Part shown: positions 1 to 12,143 of the stretch, in pieces | How positions within the stretch are numbered: the first letter of the stretch is position 1 | How the letters are laid out: every line of letters begins with the position of its first letter | Assembly: GCA_036339465.1 (NCBI GenBank) | Contig: JAYZAY010000059.1 | Location: 30,611-94,610 of the forward strand | Length of the DNA: 64,000 nt | Direction: 5' to 3' | Source of the DNA: Myxococcota bacterium | GTDB lineage: Bacteria; Myxococcota; XYA12-FULL-58-9; JABJBS01 | Made by a program: the position numbers and the translations under genes | Notes under the pieces: model-generated | The model's input: only the letters and a program-made list of their open reading frames with translations | The model's database searches: none | Told to the model about the DNA's origin: nothing

Positions 1-691
1 GGGTTGTAATGATTTCTTGATTCAAACCCTTTACAACCATGGCATACGTTGTGCGGATTCTCTGTGCAGTATTGATTTAGATTTTCTATTACAGTTTCCT
101 GGAGTTGATCCTGACAATGTGCGTAACATGCTCGACAGTGCCAAAGCGGTGGCGGCTGCCGAGGAAGCTGAAGCGCACCGTTTGAAGATACAAGCGGAAA
201 TAGCGACCGAAATAGCCGATGTTGCCAAGGAGCTTCAGGCGCATTTACAGCTCGATGATGAAAATCGTTTACGGGCGGTAAGGAGCCTGGGTGATAATGC
301 ATATGGCAAACTTTCGGAGGTGGGTCTGAACACGGTTGAGGCCCTTGCGGAGTGTGATATTGATGCGCTTTCCGACACTACGGGCCTAGGTGATAAGAAA
401 ATCAAACAGCTGAGATATGGTGCGAATCAATTTCTTGAGCAGGAAAAACTGCTTAATGAGCGAGCTGAAGGTTTAGGGTTGTGGATTAAGGAAGGAATTG
501 TTCAGATCCCTGTGGATGAAGAAGAATTGGCGAATGGGGATGGTGCCGTAGCGGTGAAAGCCGAGGATGCCGATCGGCTGGAACCCGGAGCAACTGGGGG
601 CAGTGAAACTGAACTAGACCCAGCAGCTATGGAAAATATCGCTGTTACAGACAATGAGCCGATTGCGACTCCTGATACGGTCGAAGCCTAG
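1..691 (+). CDS. nusA: Transcription termination/antitermination factor NusA, C-terminal part (gene starts upstream of window)
   Basis: Acidic C-terminal HhH/AR-like repeats (LLQFPGVDPDNVRNML..., LAECDIDALSDTTGLGDKKIKQL). It sits immediately upstream of a ylxR-like gene and infB, the classical nusA-infB operon order. Confidence 0.6.
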   Translation, partial: GCNDFLIQTLYNHGIRCADSLCSIDLDFLLQFPGVDPDNVRNMLDSAKAVAAAEEAEAHRLKIQAEIATEIADVAKELQAHLQLDDENRLRAVRSLGDNAYGKLSEVGLNTVEALAECDIDALSDTTGLGDKKIKQLRYGANQFLEQEKLLNERAEGLGLWIKEGIVQIPVDEEELANGDGAVAVKAEDADRLEPGATGGSETELDPAAMENIAVTDNEPIATPDTVEA

Positions 692-714
692 GTTATGGGG
701 GCGGAGGAACTCAA

Positions 715-1419
715 GTGGTTTTACGGAACGTCAAAAGGCATAAGCTGCCTGGAAAGCAGGGGACAGAGCTCAAGCCTCAGGGGCAGGAGCGTCGGTGTGT
801 CGTTTGTCGTGAAAACCGAGGGTTGTCGCAACTCGTAAGATTTCAGGTCTATGACGGAGCTATCGTTTTCGAGCCGAAAACGAAGCTGGCAGGTCGAAGC
901 TGCTATCTCTGTGCTCGAAAACTCTGTGCAGATCATCTGAATAAACGGATGATTGTCCGGCTGTTTTCGGTGCGTGAATCGGATTTAAAATTTGAAGAAA
1001 ATTGGTGGCAATCTTTGGAGGCGCGTGCATACGCGGAGATCTATCAACAATTGGGACTTGCTCGTAGGGCAAATCTTGTTGTGATCGGTCAAGACGGCCT
1101 TAAAGATCTACGCCGTAGAAGTGGTGGTCATCATCTAAATGAATCTATGGTGATGGCTTCGAAATCAGAATTAATTCCACGATATCTGAAAGATACTAAA
1201 ACATTCGTGTTTTCATCTCCGGATATTTTGAGCAAAGCTTTGGGGTTGCACCAAGTTGGTTTGGTGACTTTGCCAAAGTCAAAATTTACCGATCGGATCG
1301 GTTACTGGTCACAGTTTCTAACGGATTCCTCAAACGGTGTGCGAGGTAACATTGGAAATTACAGTGGCAATGGTTTGACAATCGGCGCTAAGAGTAGCAA
1401 TGAAGCCGCCGAGAGTTAA
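715..1419 (+). CDS. YlxR/DUF448-like RNA-binding protein fused to an L7Ae/YlxQ-like C-terminal half
   Basis: N-terminal RRCVVCR...GRSCYLC cysteine motif typical of YlxR (DUF448). It lies between nusA and infB. The C-terminal ~100 aa (ANLVVIGQDG...LIPRYLKDTKTFVFSSPDILSKALG) resembles L7Ae/YlxQ, which is normally a separate gene at this locus. GTG start at 715. Confidence 0.5.
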   Translation: MVLRNVKRHKLPGKQGTELKPQGQERRCVVCRENRGLSQLVRFQVYDGAIVFEPKTKLAGRSCYLCARKLCADHLNKRMIVRLFSVRESDLKFEENWWQSLEARAYAEIYQQLGLARRANLVVIGQDGLKDLRRRSGGHHLNESMVMASKSELIPRYLKDTKTFVFSSPDILSKALGLHQVGLVTLPKSKFTDRIGYWSQFLTDSSNGVRGNIGNYSGNGLTIGAKSSNEAAES

Positions 1420-1431
1420 AGGATTAAAGCA

Positions 1432-4400
1432 ATGAGTAAGATGCGGGTCCACGAGCTGGCGAAAGAATATGGCCTAGAAAATAAAGAGGTCCTTAATAGG
1501 CTTAAAAGGGGCGGTTTGGTAGTGAAAACCCACTCAAGTTCTGTTTATGCCGATGCGGCTCGAAAGATATTGGGCAAGAATAGTGGTGATGAGGAGAGTA
1601 TCTCTGAAGCCGCTTCAAGCAAGCCTAAACGTCCTGGAATGATGATTGTTCGTAAGAAGAAAAAAGCTGTTGCCGCAGCCGATGAGGCTTCCCAAGTTCA
1701 AAGAGCGGAATTGGAAGCTGACATTGAGGCAGTGGAACCGGCTCCCGAATCAGTTGTTTCTGAGCCCGTTGCCGCTGAGCCCGTTGCCGCTGAGCCCGTT
1801 GCCGCTGAGCCCGTTGCCGCTGAGCCCGTTGTAGCTCTGGAAGCTGAAATGGATGTGGCTGTGGCCGAACAAGGGCCCGACGAGATGGGCGAACCACCTT
1901 CGGAGCCTGTTGAGGTTTCTGCTTCTGCGGTGTCGGTAGAAGTATCGTCCACTGGCGTAGAGCAATCCGCTGATGCTTCGGTTAGCGAAGAAGTCGCTGA
2001 GAATGACGTGGTTAAAAAAGCAGAGAATACCGCCGAAACAGATGAGAAGGCCGAGTTAAGTCCCGAATCTGAATCATCGACGCAATCTTCAGCTGCGACT
2101 GCACACAAGAAAAAACGAATTCCGATTAAAGAGCATGTTGTGACAGACTCCCAGCGAAGGGGAGAACGAGGACGTCCTGATTCGCGGGGACCTGACGCGC
2201 GAGAAAGAGGTTCACGCGACGGTGCGCCTGCTAGACCAGGTACTGGAGCACAAGTCGTTCGCATGATCGATAAAGACAAGCTGGCTCAGCGTCTACCGCC
2301 TCGCCGAGGTCCAGCCAATCGTGGCCATCAAGGTGGAGGACGGCCTGGCGCAGGGCCGGCTCAACAAAACCGAGGGCCACGGCCACCGGGGGGTGGACAG
2401 AACACCGGGCCAGGTGCACCACGTTTTGGTCAGGTGACAGAGTTACGTGTTGTCAATGATCCGTTTGGTCGTGGTCGCGAAATGGTGGCGGTTGGACGTG
2501 CGGATAAACGCGCTGGCGCGGGTGGCAAGGGGCCTGCTGGGCAAGGGGCTGGAAGAGGCAAGAAGCCGGGTGCTCCTGGTGGCGCAAGAGGCCCAAATCA
2601 GAAACGATCTCTTTCCAATGTGAGAGAGCGTTCTTTTGCTCCATCTCGCCTTAAACGGAAAAAGCCCAAGAGAGGTAGCGGAGCAGAGTCTGGCGAACGG
2701 GCGGTACGAAACGAGCCAAATGAGGCAAAGCGCGTGATTAAGATGGATGAAACCATCGTTGTGACAGAGCTTGCTCACCAGCTTGGCTTAAAGGCCGTGG
2801 AAGTTATTCGAAAATTGATGGGTTTGGGCATGATGGCAACTCAAAACCAAAGTATTGATCAGGATACGGCCCAACTGATCGCGTCTGAATTTAATTATCG
2901 GATCGAGTCAGTGGCATTCTCGGAAGAGGAGCTCTTAGGGCCTGCTGAAGAGGATTTTGGCGATGAGGAGCTAGTGGCGAGACCTCCAGTCGTCACCATC
3001 ATGGGGCACGTCGATCATGGCAAGACATCGCTCTTGGATACGATTCGAAGTACCAGGATTGCCGACGGTGAAGCGGGTGGCATTACCCAACATATTGGCG
3101 CCTATTCAATAGAGCTTGAGGGACGCGGCTCGATAACCTTCTTAGATACTCCCGGTCACGCCGCTTTTACCTCGATGCGTGCTAGGGGAGCCCAAGTTAC
3201 GGATATTGTAATTCTGGTAGTGGCCGCCGATGACGGCGTGATGCCACAGACCGAGGAAGCAATCCGGCACTCACAGGCAGCTGGTGTACCCATTATAGTG
3301 GCAGTGAATAAAATGGATGTTCCTGCAGCCAACCCCGATAAGGTTACTCAGGAGCTTTCGCAGTTTCAGCTAATTCCGGAAGCTTGGGGAGGTGATACCC
3401 TTTTTGTGCAGACCTCAGCCATCAAGAAAACAGGGATTGAGGCATTGCTTGAGAACGTCATGTTGCAAGCTGAGTTTCTTGAGCTTAAAGCCAATGTTGA
3501 TTGTGAGGCCCGGGGTGTGGTTGTTGAAGCCAAACTGGATAAGGGGCGTGGAGCGGTCGCAACTGTCTTGGTTCAGCATGGTGTCCTGAAGCGAGGGGAC
3601 GCAATCGTTGTGGGTGAAAGCTCTGGTAAAGTTCGTGGTATGACAAACCATTTGGGGCGGTCCCTTAAGCAAGCCGGTCCTTCGGTGGCTGTTGAAATTA
3701 TTGGTCTTGATCGTGTTCCTGATGCAGGGAATCTGATGAATAAGGTCGAGAATTTGGATGCGGCTCGGGATATAGTGAAGTATCGCCAGGAACAGAAACG
3801 TTCCAAGGCTTCTGCTCCTGGGCCGAGGATGTCTCTCGAAGATCTAATGAAGAGAATGAACGCAGGTGAAACCGCTGAGTTGAAGGTTGTCTTAAAGTCG
3901 GATGTTCAAGGTTCGGCTGAGGCGGTTAAGCAGGCCTTAGTGAAGCTTTCAACTGATGAAGTTAAAGTTTCGGTTATTTACGACGGTGTTGGTGGTGTCA
4001 CGGAGTCGGACATTATGTTGGCCTCCGCGAGTGATGGGTTGGTTCTTGGTTTCAATGTAAGACCTGACACAAATGCCAAGCGTATTGCTGATCGCGAAGG
4101 GGTTGAAATCAGAACCTACGGCATTATCTATGAAATGATCGATGATGTTAAGAAAGCTATGGAAGGCCTCTTGTCACCAGAATCGGTGGAGAAAGTCGTT
4201 GGCCGTGCACAAATACGCGAACTCTTTAGAATCAGTAAGATCGGTGTGATTGGTGGATCTAGGGTACTGGATGGTAAGGCACTTCGGGCTGCCCAAGTTC
4301 GAGTCCTCAGAGACAGCGCGCAAATTTACCAAGGTAAGCTTTCATCGCTTAAGCATTACAAAGACGACGTTCGGGAAGTTGATTCTGGACAGGAATGCGG

Positions 4401-4515
4401 AATTGGCGTAGACGGCTACAACGATCTGAAGCTCGGGGATGTCATTGAGTTTTTCATTATCGAGCAAGTAAGCCGAACGCTAGAGGGAGGAGCCAGCGCG
4501 CTCTCTAAGAACTAG
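1432..4515 (+). CDS. infB: Translation initiation factor IF-2
   Basis: N-terminal IF2_N motif ([28 protein letters not shown]), G-domain [22 protein letters not shown] and NKMD motifs. Long low-complexity linker with (EPVAA)x5 repeat. 1027 aa. Confidence 0.95.
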   Translation: MSKMRVHELAKEYGLENKEVLNRLKRGGLVVKTHSSSVYADAARKILGKNSGDEESISEAASSKPKRPGMMIVRKKKKAVAAADEASQVQRAELEADIEAVEPAPESVVSEPVAAEPVAAEPVAAEPVAAEPVVALEAEMDVAVAEQGPDEMGEPPSEPVEVSASAVSVEVSSTGVEQSADASVSEEVAENDVVKKAENTAETDEKAELSPESESSTQSSAATAHKKKRIPIKEHVVTDSQRRGERGRPDSRGPDARERGSRDGAPARPGTGAQVVRMIDKDKLAQRLPPRRGPANRGHQGGGRPGAGPAQQNRGPRPPGGGQNTGPGAPRFGQVTELRVVNDPFGRGREMVAVGRADKRAGAGGKGPAGQGAGRGKKPGAPGGARGPNQKRSLSNVRERSFAPSRLKRKKPKRGSGAESGERAVRNEPNEAKRVIKMDETIVVTELAHQLGLKAVEVIRKLMGLGMMATQNQSIDQDTAQLIASEFNYRIESVAFSEEELLGPAEEDFGDEELVARPPVVTIMGHVDHGKTSLLDTIRSTRIADGEAGGITQHIGAYSIELEGRGSITFLDTPGHAAFTSMRARGAQVTDIVILVVAADDGVMPQTEEAIRHSQAAGVPIIVAVNKMDVPAANPDKVTQELSQFQLIPEAWGGDTLFVQTSAIKKTGIEALLENVMLQAEFLELKANVDCEARGVVVEAKLDKGRGAVATVLVQHGVLKRGDAIVVGESSGKVRGMTNHLGRSLKQAGPSVAVEIIGLDRVPDAGNLMNKVENLDAARDIVKYRQEQKRSKASAPGPRMSLEDLMKRMNAGETAELKVVLKSDVQGSAEAVKQALVKLSTDEVKVSVIYDGVGGVTESDIMLASASDGLVLGFNVRPDTNAKRIADREGVEIRTYGIIYEMIDDVKKAMEGLLSPESVEKVVGRAQIRELFRISKIGVIGGSRVLDGKALRAAQVRVLRDSAQIYQGKLSSLKHYKDDVREVDSGQECGIGVDGYNDLKLGDVIEFFIIEQVSRTLEGGASALSKN
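1762..1836. repeat. Five tandem copies of 15-bp unit gagcccgttgccgct (last copy diverged) inside infB, encoding (EPVAA)n
   Basis: Direct reading of sequence 1762-1836. The translation is [26 protein letters not shown]. Confidence 0.9.
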
Positions 4516-4525
4516 CTCTCGGTAA

Positions 4526-6643
<2,118 letters not shown>

Positions 6644-6753
6644 GCATTTTTGTTGCCATTGTTTGCCTACCGGCTGGTGCATCGCTAATGGATAGGTGTG
6701 TTTGTGCTGATGATGATTGAGTCATCTAGCTCCTCCATAAGGAGAGAAGAATC

Positions 6754-7752
6754 GTGAAGAATACTGGGTTGTTGATTGGAACCGGTGTAATAATGCTCGC
6801 CACTTCGGGGTGCAGTCTCTATGGTATGGTTGGAGATGCGGTTGGTAGCTATGCCGTTGATGAGATGGTTCCCTACGTTTTATCTACGAGCGACCTAGAT
6901 ATGGCCTGCGAGGATGGGCGGTCCATTGGCAATCTTCTAATGAGCTTTGGTCGGGTGACTGAGGCTCCTCATCAGGCTGCGGTAGTGACTTATCTCGCCG
7001 CGGGTATGTGCGCTGAGTTTGAATCCCAGGCGTCTCAGCTGAACCATATTCGGGCGCTTAAAGCAGGGGCGGCAACGGTTGCCAATGATCATAGGATCGA
7101 ACAGAAACGAGCGCACGTACGTGCAGCGACTCGCTTTTTGAAATCCTACCAGGAGATGCGTGTTGCATACCCGGGTGATTTGTGCGCCCTTGAAAATCGT
7201 GAAGATCAATTACTAAGCTTGCTAGGACTGGCGGCGGGTGTCCAAGCTTTACTTCACGACCGATCCGCTTCTGGAGCGGTCGGGGTTGATATGGGTATCT
7301 TGGTGACCGTGGCTCGTGAATCCGAGTGTTTCAATAGCGCTAAATGGTGGGGAGTGCCCCAAGCACTTCGATCGGTGATTTACCTGAGCGTTCCGGGTAG
7401 CGGTCCGGAGGGCGAAGATGGCTGGGAGCTCTTGGATGCCGCGGTAAAGCAGGGCGATCAAGCGGGGGTACGATTGGCTCGCGCACTTTTAGTGGAGGCC
7501 GCGCATGCGTTGGGTCAAGGCCCAGCATTGAAGGAAGTGATTCGAGGACACGTCAATGTGGCTAAAGGAAAGCAGATACTGAACGAGGGGCGCCTTTTAG
7601 ATGCATATGCCAATAGAAAAGTTGAACATATGTCGGACATTATTTGGATGGAGGAGACGGGGTATCGTACTCCTCTCGGTCAGCTGGGAAATTTTTTGGA
7701 GCAACCTGTGGTGGATGATAGCGATGACCTTTTCGATGGACTAGATGGTTAA
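6754..7752 (+). CDS. Hypothetical lipoprotein (signal peptide + lipobox LATSGC), mostly helical
   Basis: GTG start preceded by AGGAGAG RBS. N-terminal MKNTGLLIGTGVIMLATSGCS lipoprotein signal. No recognisable catalytic motif. Confidence 0.55.
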   Translation: MKNTGLLIGTGVIMLATSGCSLYGMVGDAVGSYAVDEMVPYVLSTSDLDMACEDGRSIGNLLMSFGRVTEAPHQAAVVTYLAAGMCAEFESQASQLNHIRALKAGAATVANDHRIEQKRAHVRAATRFLKSYQEMRVAYPGDLCALENREDQLLSLLGLAAGVQALLHDRSASGAVGVDMGILVTVARESECFNSAKWWGVPQALRSVIYLSVPGSGPEGEDGWELLDAAVKQGDQAGVRLARALLVEAAHALGQGPALKEVIRGHVNVAKGKQILNEGRLLDAYANRKVEHMSDIIWMEETGYRTPLGQLGNFLEQPVVDDSDDLFDGLDG

Positions 7753-7781
7753 TGTATTCCAACCCAGTTAATTATTAGGAG

Positions 7782-8789
7782 ATGACTATGGCTCGAATGC
7801 TCTTGATTCTACTCGCCCTTTTATTTGTTCATACCGAAGCCGTCGCCGGGGCGTCCGCACGTAATCTCTGTGTTTTCGACCCGTCTGGTGCCAATGGTGA
7901 TGCCTTTCAAATGTTACGGGATTATCGGACAGCAGCGGCGGGTTGGGGCGTACAATTTAAGCTTAAACCCTATACCGATGAAAAAACCGCGTCTGAAGAT
8001 TTTAAGGCGGGCAAATGTGATGCGGTCGTTCTGACGGGTCCTCGAGTTCGAAGCTTCCAACCCTTTACGGGTACGATTGAAGCCATGGGTGCGATTCCAA
8101 CCTATAGCCACTTGAAGAGGGTTGTCAGGTCGTTGGCGAATCCTAAGGCGGCAAAATTGATGAAAACGGGGGCTTTCGAAACAGCCGCGATTTTTCCAGG
8201 TGGTTCAATACTTCTTTTTGTCAATGACCGCACCATCAATACGGTTGAGAAGCTGGCAGGTAAACGTTTGGCTGTTTTGGAGTACGATACGGCCTCTAAA
8301 GTGATGGCAAAGCACGTTGGGGCCTCTATGGTGGGCGCTGATTTGGGAACTTTTGCTGGAATGTTCAACAATAAAAACGTGGCTCTATGCTATGCCCCGG
8401 CCACTGCCTATCAGGCTCTGGAGCTCCATAAGGGGATAGGTAAAAATGGGGGCGTTATTCGCTTTCCTCTTGCGCAAGTTACTTTTCAAGTATTGACGAG
8501 GGCAGAGAATTTTTCCGATGTCTTTATGAAAAGTTCTCGGAGTTGGGCCGCGCAAAACTTCGACCGATTTTTGAAATTATCGATGCAAGCAGAGAGCACA
8601 ATTCCTAAGTCCACTTGGATTGAGATTCCCGCAAATGATCAAGCTCGTTATGAGAAAATGTTCCAGGAAACTCGCCTCCGCCTCCGAGACCAAGAAAAGG
8701 TTTACGATAGAAAGATGCTCAGCCTATTGAGGAAGGTGCGGTGCAAGGTGGACCGTGGTCGCTCAGAGTGCGTAAGCAAACTTGAATAG
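7782..8789 (+). CDS. Secreted periplasmic protein, possible solute-binding component associated with the downstream transporter
   Basis: Cleavable signal peptide (MTMARMLLILLALLFVHTEAVAGA). ~310-aa mature alpha/beta-like protein immediately upstream of a TRAP-like fused permease. Family not recognised with certainty. Confidence 0.4.
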   Translation: MTMARMLLILLALLFVHTEAVAGASARNLCVFDPSGANGDAFQMLRDYRTAAAGWGVQFKLKPYTDEKTASEDFKAGKCDAVVLTGPRVRSFQPFTGTIEAMGAIPTYSHLKRVVRSLANPKAAKLMKTGAFETAAIFPGGSILLFVNDRTINTVEKLAGKRLAVLEYDTASKVMAKHVGASMVGADLGTFAGMFNNKNVALCYAPATAYQALELHKGIGKNGGVIRFPLAQVTFQVLTRAENFSDVFMKSSRSWAAQNFDRFLKLSMQAESTIPKSTWIEIPANDQARYEKMFQETRLRLRDQEKVYDRKMLSLLRKVRCKVDRGRSECVSKLE

Positions 8790-8862
8790 GTAAGTTAATC
8801 CTTGTTTATCGACGAGGTTCTCGGATTTCACCCAACCACCATTCTGAGAGACTAAGACACCC

Positions 8863-11007
8863 ATGCAATCCCCCCTCCCGCCTAATATCCTCGACCGAAC
8901 CGCCACTTTCAGTATTTTAGGCTTGCTGCTTTTGGTTGTTTTTTACGGTACAGCTGAGAAAAGTCACTCTCGTTTACAGGCTCTGGGGGAATCCATGTGG
9001 CCTGGGTATTTTCAGCTGCGAGTTGATCCGCAACGACCCTCCTGCGATCTGGATGTTTTGGAAAAACAATTGGGTGCAGCCACGAAGGCTGTTGAAGCAG
9101 AGAAAGCCGCTGCAGCGGCTGCAGCTGTAAATGATGGACAAGAAGGAGCAGCGGCGGCGAATAAGGCAGCAGCGGCCGCCATTGTCCCAGGGGCGGATGA
9201 CGACGACTTTGACGATCTCTTTGATGACGAAGAACAAGAGCTGGCCGGCGAAACTTTGGTGATTGCTCAGAAGTCTCTATTGAATGAATGTAAAGAAAGT
9301 CACCGGCGCTATGAGACCGCGAGTGGAAGGATAACCCAAGGCGTCAGGGTTTATCGAGCCTTTGAGACTTCTGTCGCCAGTCTCGTTGAATGGATTGACC
9401 ATTTCTCACACTATATCCTCGTCATTTTGATCATTTTTTCGGGTCTGGTGACCACTATTCGGCAACACCATATTTCGCTCCGACCCATAGGTTCAGCTTT
9501 GGACCAGCGTGTTTCGAGTCTTAGTCAATTGGTGGCTTCCTTACTGATTGTTGCTTCGTTCTATAGTTTGCGTTCCATTGATACGGAACAAAATATCCAA
9601 GACACCGCGGCCATGCAGTGGTTATGGATATTGGGAATGTCTGTGGTTTCGCTGGTGCATTTTCGTAATCTTAGGGTGGTCGGTTCAGGCCGTAGCGAAG
9701 AGGGAACTCTTGGCCACGCTCTTTTGACCATCCCGCTCTACGCCTATATGGCACTTATCGCTGGTTTCTATTTTCTCATCGGTGAATCGCATCCGGCTGG
9801 TTTGGCCATCTATCTAGGGAAGCTCACCGAGCACCGGATGCTCTACCTGGCGGTGGGCCTCTATGTTTGGGTGGGTATGTTACTTAAGCAGACCAATCTT
9901 GCCTCGATGATTTTCGATATCATTAGACCTTGGAAGCTCGCGCCGGAACTCCTGGCTGTTGTCATTGTGGCGGGCTCTGCAATTCCGACGGCATACAGCG
10001 GTGCATCTGGAATCTTTGTTATTGCTGCAGGGGCAGTCATCTATGATGAATTACGGAAAGCGGGGGCCCGTCGGCAACTCGCTTTGGCCGCTACCGCAAT
10101 GTCTGGTAGTCTCGGTGTTGTTCTAAGACCGTGCCTTTTAGTGGTCATTGTTGCCTCTTTAAACAAACAAGTTACGACTGATGAGTTGTTTGGCTGGGGC
10201 TGGCGTGTTTATTTTTTGACCGCATTTTTATTTATGGTCGCTTGTTGGTTTTCGAAGACCAGCTCTTGGAAGCTGTCTGAGCCCAGTATCGCATTTAGCG
10301 CGTCTCTGGATAAGCTCAAGCCACTCATTCCATATTTTCTTGTTGCTCTTGGCTTTTTGGCTTTCTATGAATTGGTATTAAGCACACCCGTGAATGAGCA
10401 TACGGCGCCCTCTATTCTCCCCGTTATTTTCCTCGTGCTTCTCGCCATTGATAAGAGAAAGGCCAAGAAACTCCCGGCTTCTTCCGGAGAGGCTGTGTTG
10501 GGTTTCCGACGTTCATGTGCAGATGCGACTTCCGAAACGAGTACGCACATTGGGGCCCTCTTAATGTTGATGGCTCTCTCAATTTGTTTAGGGGGCATCG
10601 TTGAAAGAAGCGAAATTATGAATTTCTTTCCTCAGGCGTTGGGGTCGGCTTGGTCTACGATGGGGCTCTTGGTGGCGGTACTGGTGGTCATTGGTATGAC
10701 CATGGATCCCTATGGAGCAGTTATTTTGGTATCGGCATCTATTGCGGATGTGGCGTATCGAAACGGTATTGATGCGGTACACTTTTGGATGGTGGTTTTA
10801 GTGGCCTTTGAGCTGGGCTATTTGACTCCACCGGTGGCGCTGAACCATCTCTTAACGCGTCAGGTCGTGGGAGAGGCGGAATTGGATGACCACAGCGAAT
10901 CGACAAATCAAGGGTTTTGGGCACGACATGAGCGCATTCTACTGCCTATGGCCGTACTCGGTACGGCGCTGATTATCGTGGCGTTCGTTCCCTTGTTCTT
11001 TCTATGA
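8863..11007 (+). CDS. Large polytopic membrane transporter, TRAP-type fused DctQ/DctM-like permease (TAXI-TRAP-like) with acidic low-complexity N-terminal insert
   Basis: >12 predicted TM segments. C-terminal half resembles DctM large permease (GSAIPTAYSGASGIFVIAAGAVIYDELRKAGARRQLALAATAMSGSLGVVLRP). The N-terminal region has Ala-rich and DDDDFDDLFDDEE acidic stretches. Confidence 0.5.
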   Translation: MQSPLPPNILDRTATFSILGLLLLVVFYGTAEKSHSRLQALGESMWPGYFQLRVDPQRPSCDLDVLEKQLGAATKAVEAEKAAAAAAAVNDGQEGAAAANKAAAAAIVPGADDDDFDDLFDDEEQELAGETLVIAQKSLLNECKESHRRYETASGRITQGVRVYRAFETSVASLVEWIDHFSHYILVILIIFSGLVTTIRQHHISLRPIGSALDQRVSSLSQLVASLLIVASFYSLRSIDTEQNIQDTAAMQWLWILGMSVVSLVHFRNLRVVGSGRSEEGTLGHALLTIPLYAYMALIAGFYFLIGESHPAGLAIYLGKLTEHRMLYLAVGLYVWVGMLLKQTNLASMIFDIIRPWKLAPELLAVVIVAGSAIPTAYSGASGIFVIAAGAVIYDELRKAGARRQLALAATAMSGSLGVVLRPCLLVVIVASLNKQVTTDELFGWGWRVYFLTAFLFMVACWFSKTSSWKLSEPSIAFSASLDKLKPLIPYFLVALGFLAFYELVLSTPVNEHTAPSILPVIFLVLLAIDKRKAKKLPASSGEAVLGFRRSCADATSETSTHIGALLMLMALSICLGGIVERSEIMNFFPQALGSAWSTMGLLVAVLVVIGMTMDPYGAVILVSASIADVAYRNGIDAVHFWMVVLVAFELGYLTPPVALNHLLTRQVVGEAELDDHSESTNQGFWARHERILLPMAVLGTALIIVAFVPLFFL

Positions 11008-11048
11008 TGTTGGTCATAAAATTGAATTGACGCTTAGGGGGCACGGAA

Positions 11049-11333
11049 ATGTCGGAGATATCGGTGCGGGCAGAAATGTTAGTGACAGGGGTGGTTCAAG
11101 GCGTCTTTTTCAGGGCATCGACCATGGAAGTTGCTCAGGGCCTAAACTTAGTGGGGTTCGTTGAAAATATTCCTGATGGCAGGGTGGAGATTGTTGCGGA
11201 AGGTCCGCGCTACGCTCTGGAATATTTATTCGAATGGGTTCAGCATGGCCCGCCAGAAGCAGAGGTTCAGCATGTAGAGATTCGATGGAAGGATTCAAAA
11301 AGCGAATTTCAAACTTTCATGATTCGGCGCTAA
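11049..11333 (+). CDS. acyP: Acylphosphatase
   Basis: Signature VQGVFFRASTMEVAQ...GFVENIPDGRVEIVAEG, 94 aa. Confidence 0.85.
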   Translation: MSEISVRAEMLVTGVVQGVFFRASTMEVAQGLNLVGFVENIPDGRVEIVAEGPRYALEYLFEWVQHGPPEAEVQHVEIRWKDSKSEFQTFMIRR

Positions 11334-11946
11334 TAGCTCTTAGAATGAGCTCTTCTAGTTGTTTTGCAACTTCATGCAGATCGGAAGCCTTGCGTTTGGG
11401 ATTGCTGACCCAGATACCCGTGACGTAGTCAAGTGCCCCAAAGAGGATATTTCGAAGGATACCGGTGCTGAAATCTTTCCGGAAAAAGCCAACTTCCTTA
11501 CCGTTTTCGATCACCAGTGTCCATTGCTGAAGGTATTCGAAAAATTGCTCTTTGGCGTATTCTTTCATGAACTTGCCACTGCGCCTAAGTTCAAGGGTTA
11601 CCAATGCCGCCAAATGAGGGTTCTCAAGAGCCAGATTAAGGTGATACTCGATCACTGTTTGCAGCTGCAATTTCGGATTCATCTGTTCGGTTATCTGTTG
11701 GCTCAATCCGGCGTTAATCTCTTCGAGCTTGGCTTCAAAGAGGGAGATGAGGAGGTCATCTTTATTCTTGAAATAAAGGTAGATGGTTCCATCCCCAACG
11801 CCGGCTCGTTCTGCGATTTCACTAACTCTTGATTCGGTAAATCCCTTTTCAGCGAAAACCGCCATCGCTCCATTCAAGATGCGTTGATATTTCTCTTCGT
11901 GACGTTGTCGTCCTTTGGCTGTCTCTTGATCCTTTTGTCGAGGCAT
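11317..11946 (-). CDS. TetR/AcrR family transcriptional regulator
   Basis: N-terminal HTH: ILNGAMAVFAEKGFTESRVSEIAERAGVGDGTIYLYFKNKDDLL. ~200 aa, typical TetR architecture. It is upstream of and co-directional with the gdh gene. Confidence 0.85.
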   Translation of the reverse strand: MPRQKDQETAKGRQRHEEKYQRILNGAMAVFAEKGFTESRVSEIAERAGVGDGTIYLYFKNKDDLLISLFEAKLEEINAGLSQQITEQMNPKLQLQTVIEYHLNLALENPHLAALVTLELRRSGKFMKEYAKEQFFEYLQQWTLVIENGKEVGFFRKDFSTGILRNILFGALDYVTGIWVSNPKRKASDLHEVAKQLEELILRAISAES

Positions 11947-12143
11947 GTCTTTGGGTTTAGACCTCTTGTCTTTGGCATGTCAACGTTTTTGGTGTGATTC
12001 GCCTTTTCTCGAGAGTCTAAAGAGTTCTAGAGTTTGCACAGTTTTCCGAATTCAAGTTTCTCGGTGTGGTGCTTGATTTCCATAACCTTACCCAATCGAG
12101 ATTCATTGTTGGCCAGAGCGTTTTTTGGATCTCCTAGAATTCC

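Noticed and set aside
1625-2279. Minus-strand ORFs of 90 and 193 aa with SGAATG/QRQRA repeats
   Set aside because: They lie entirely inside the infB low-complexity repeat region on the opposite strand. Their repetitive translation is a mirror of the (EPVAA)n and acidic linker repeats, with no independent signals.
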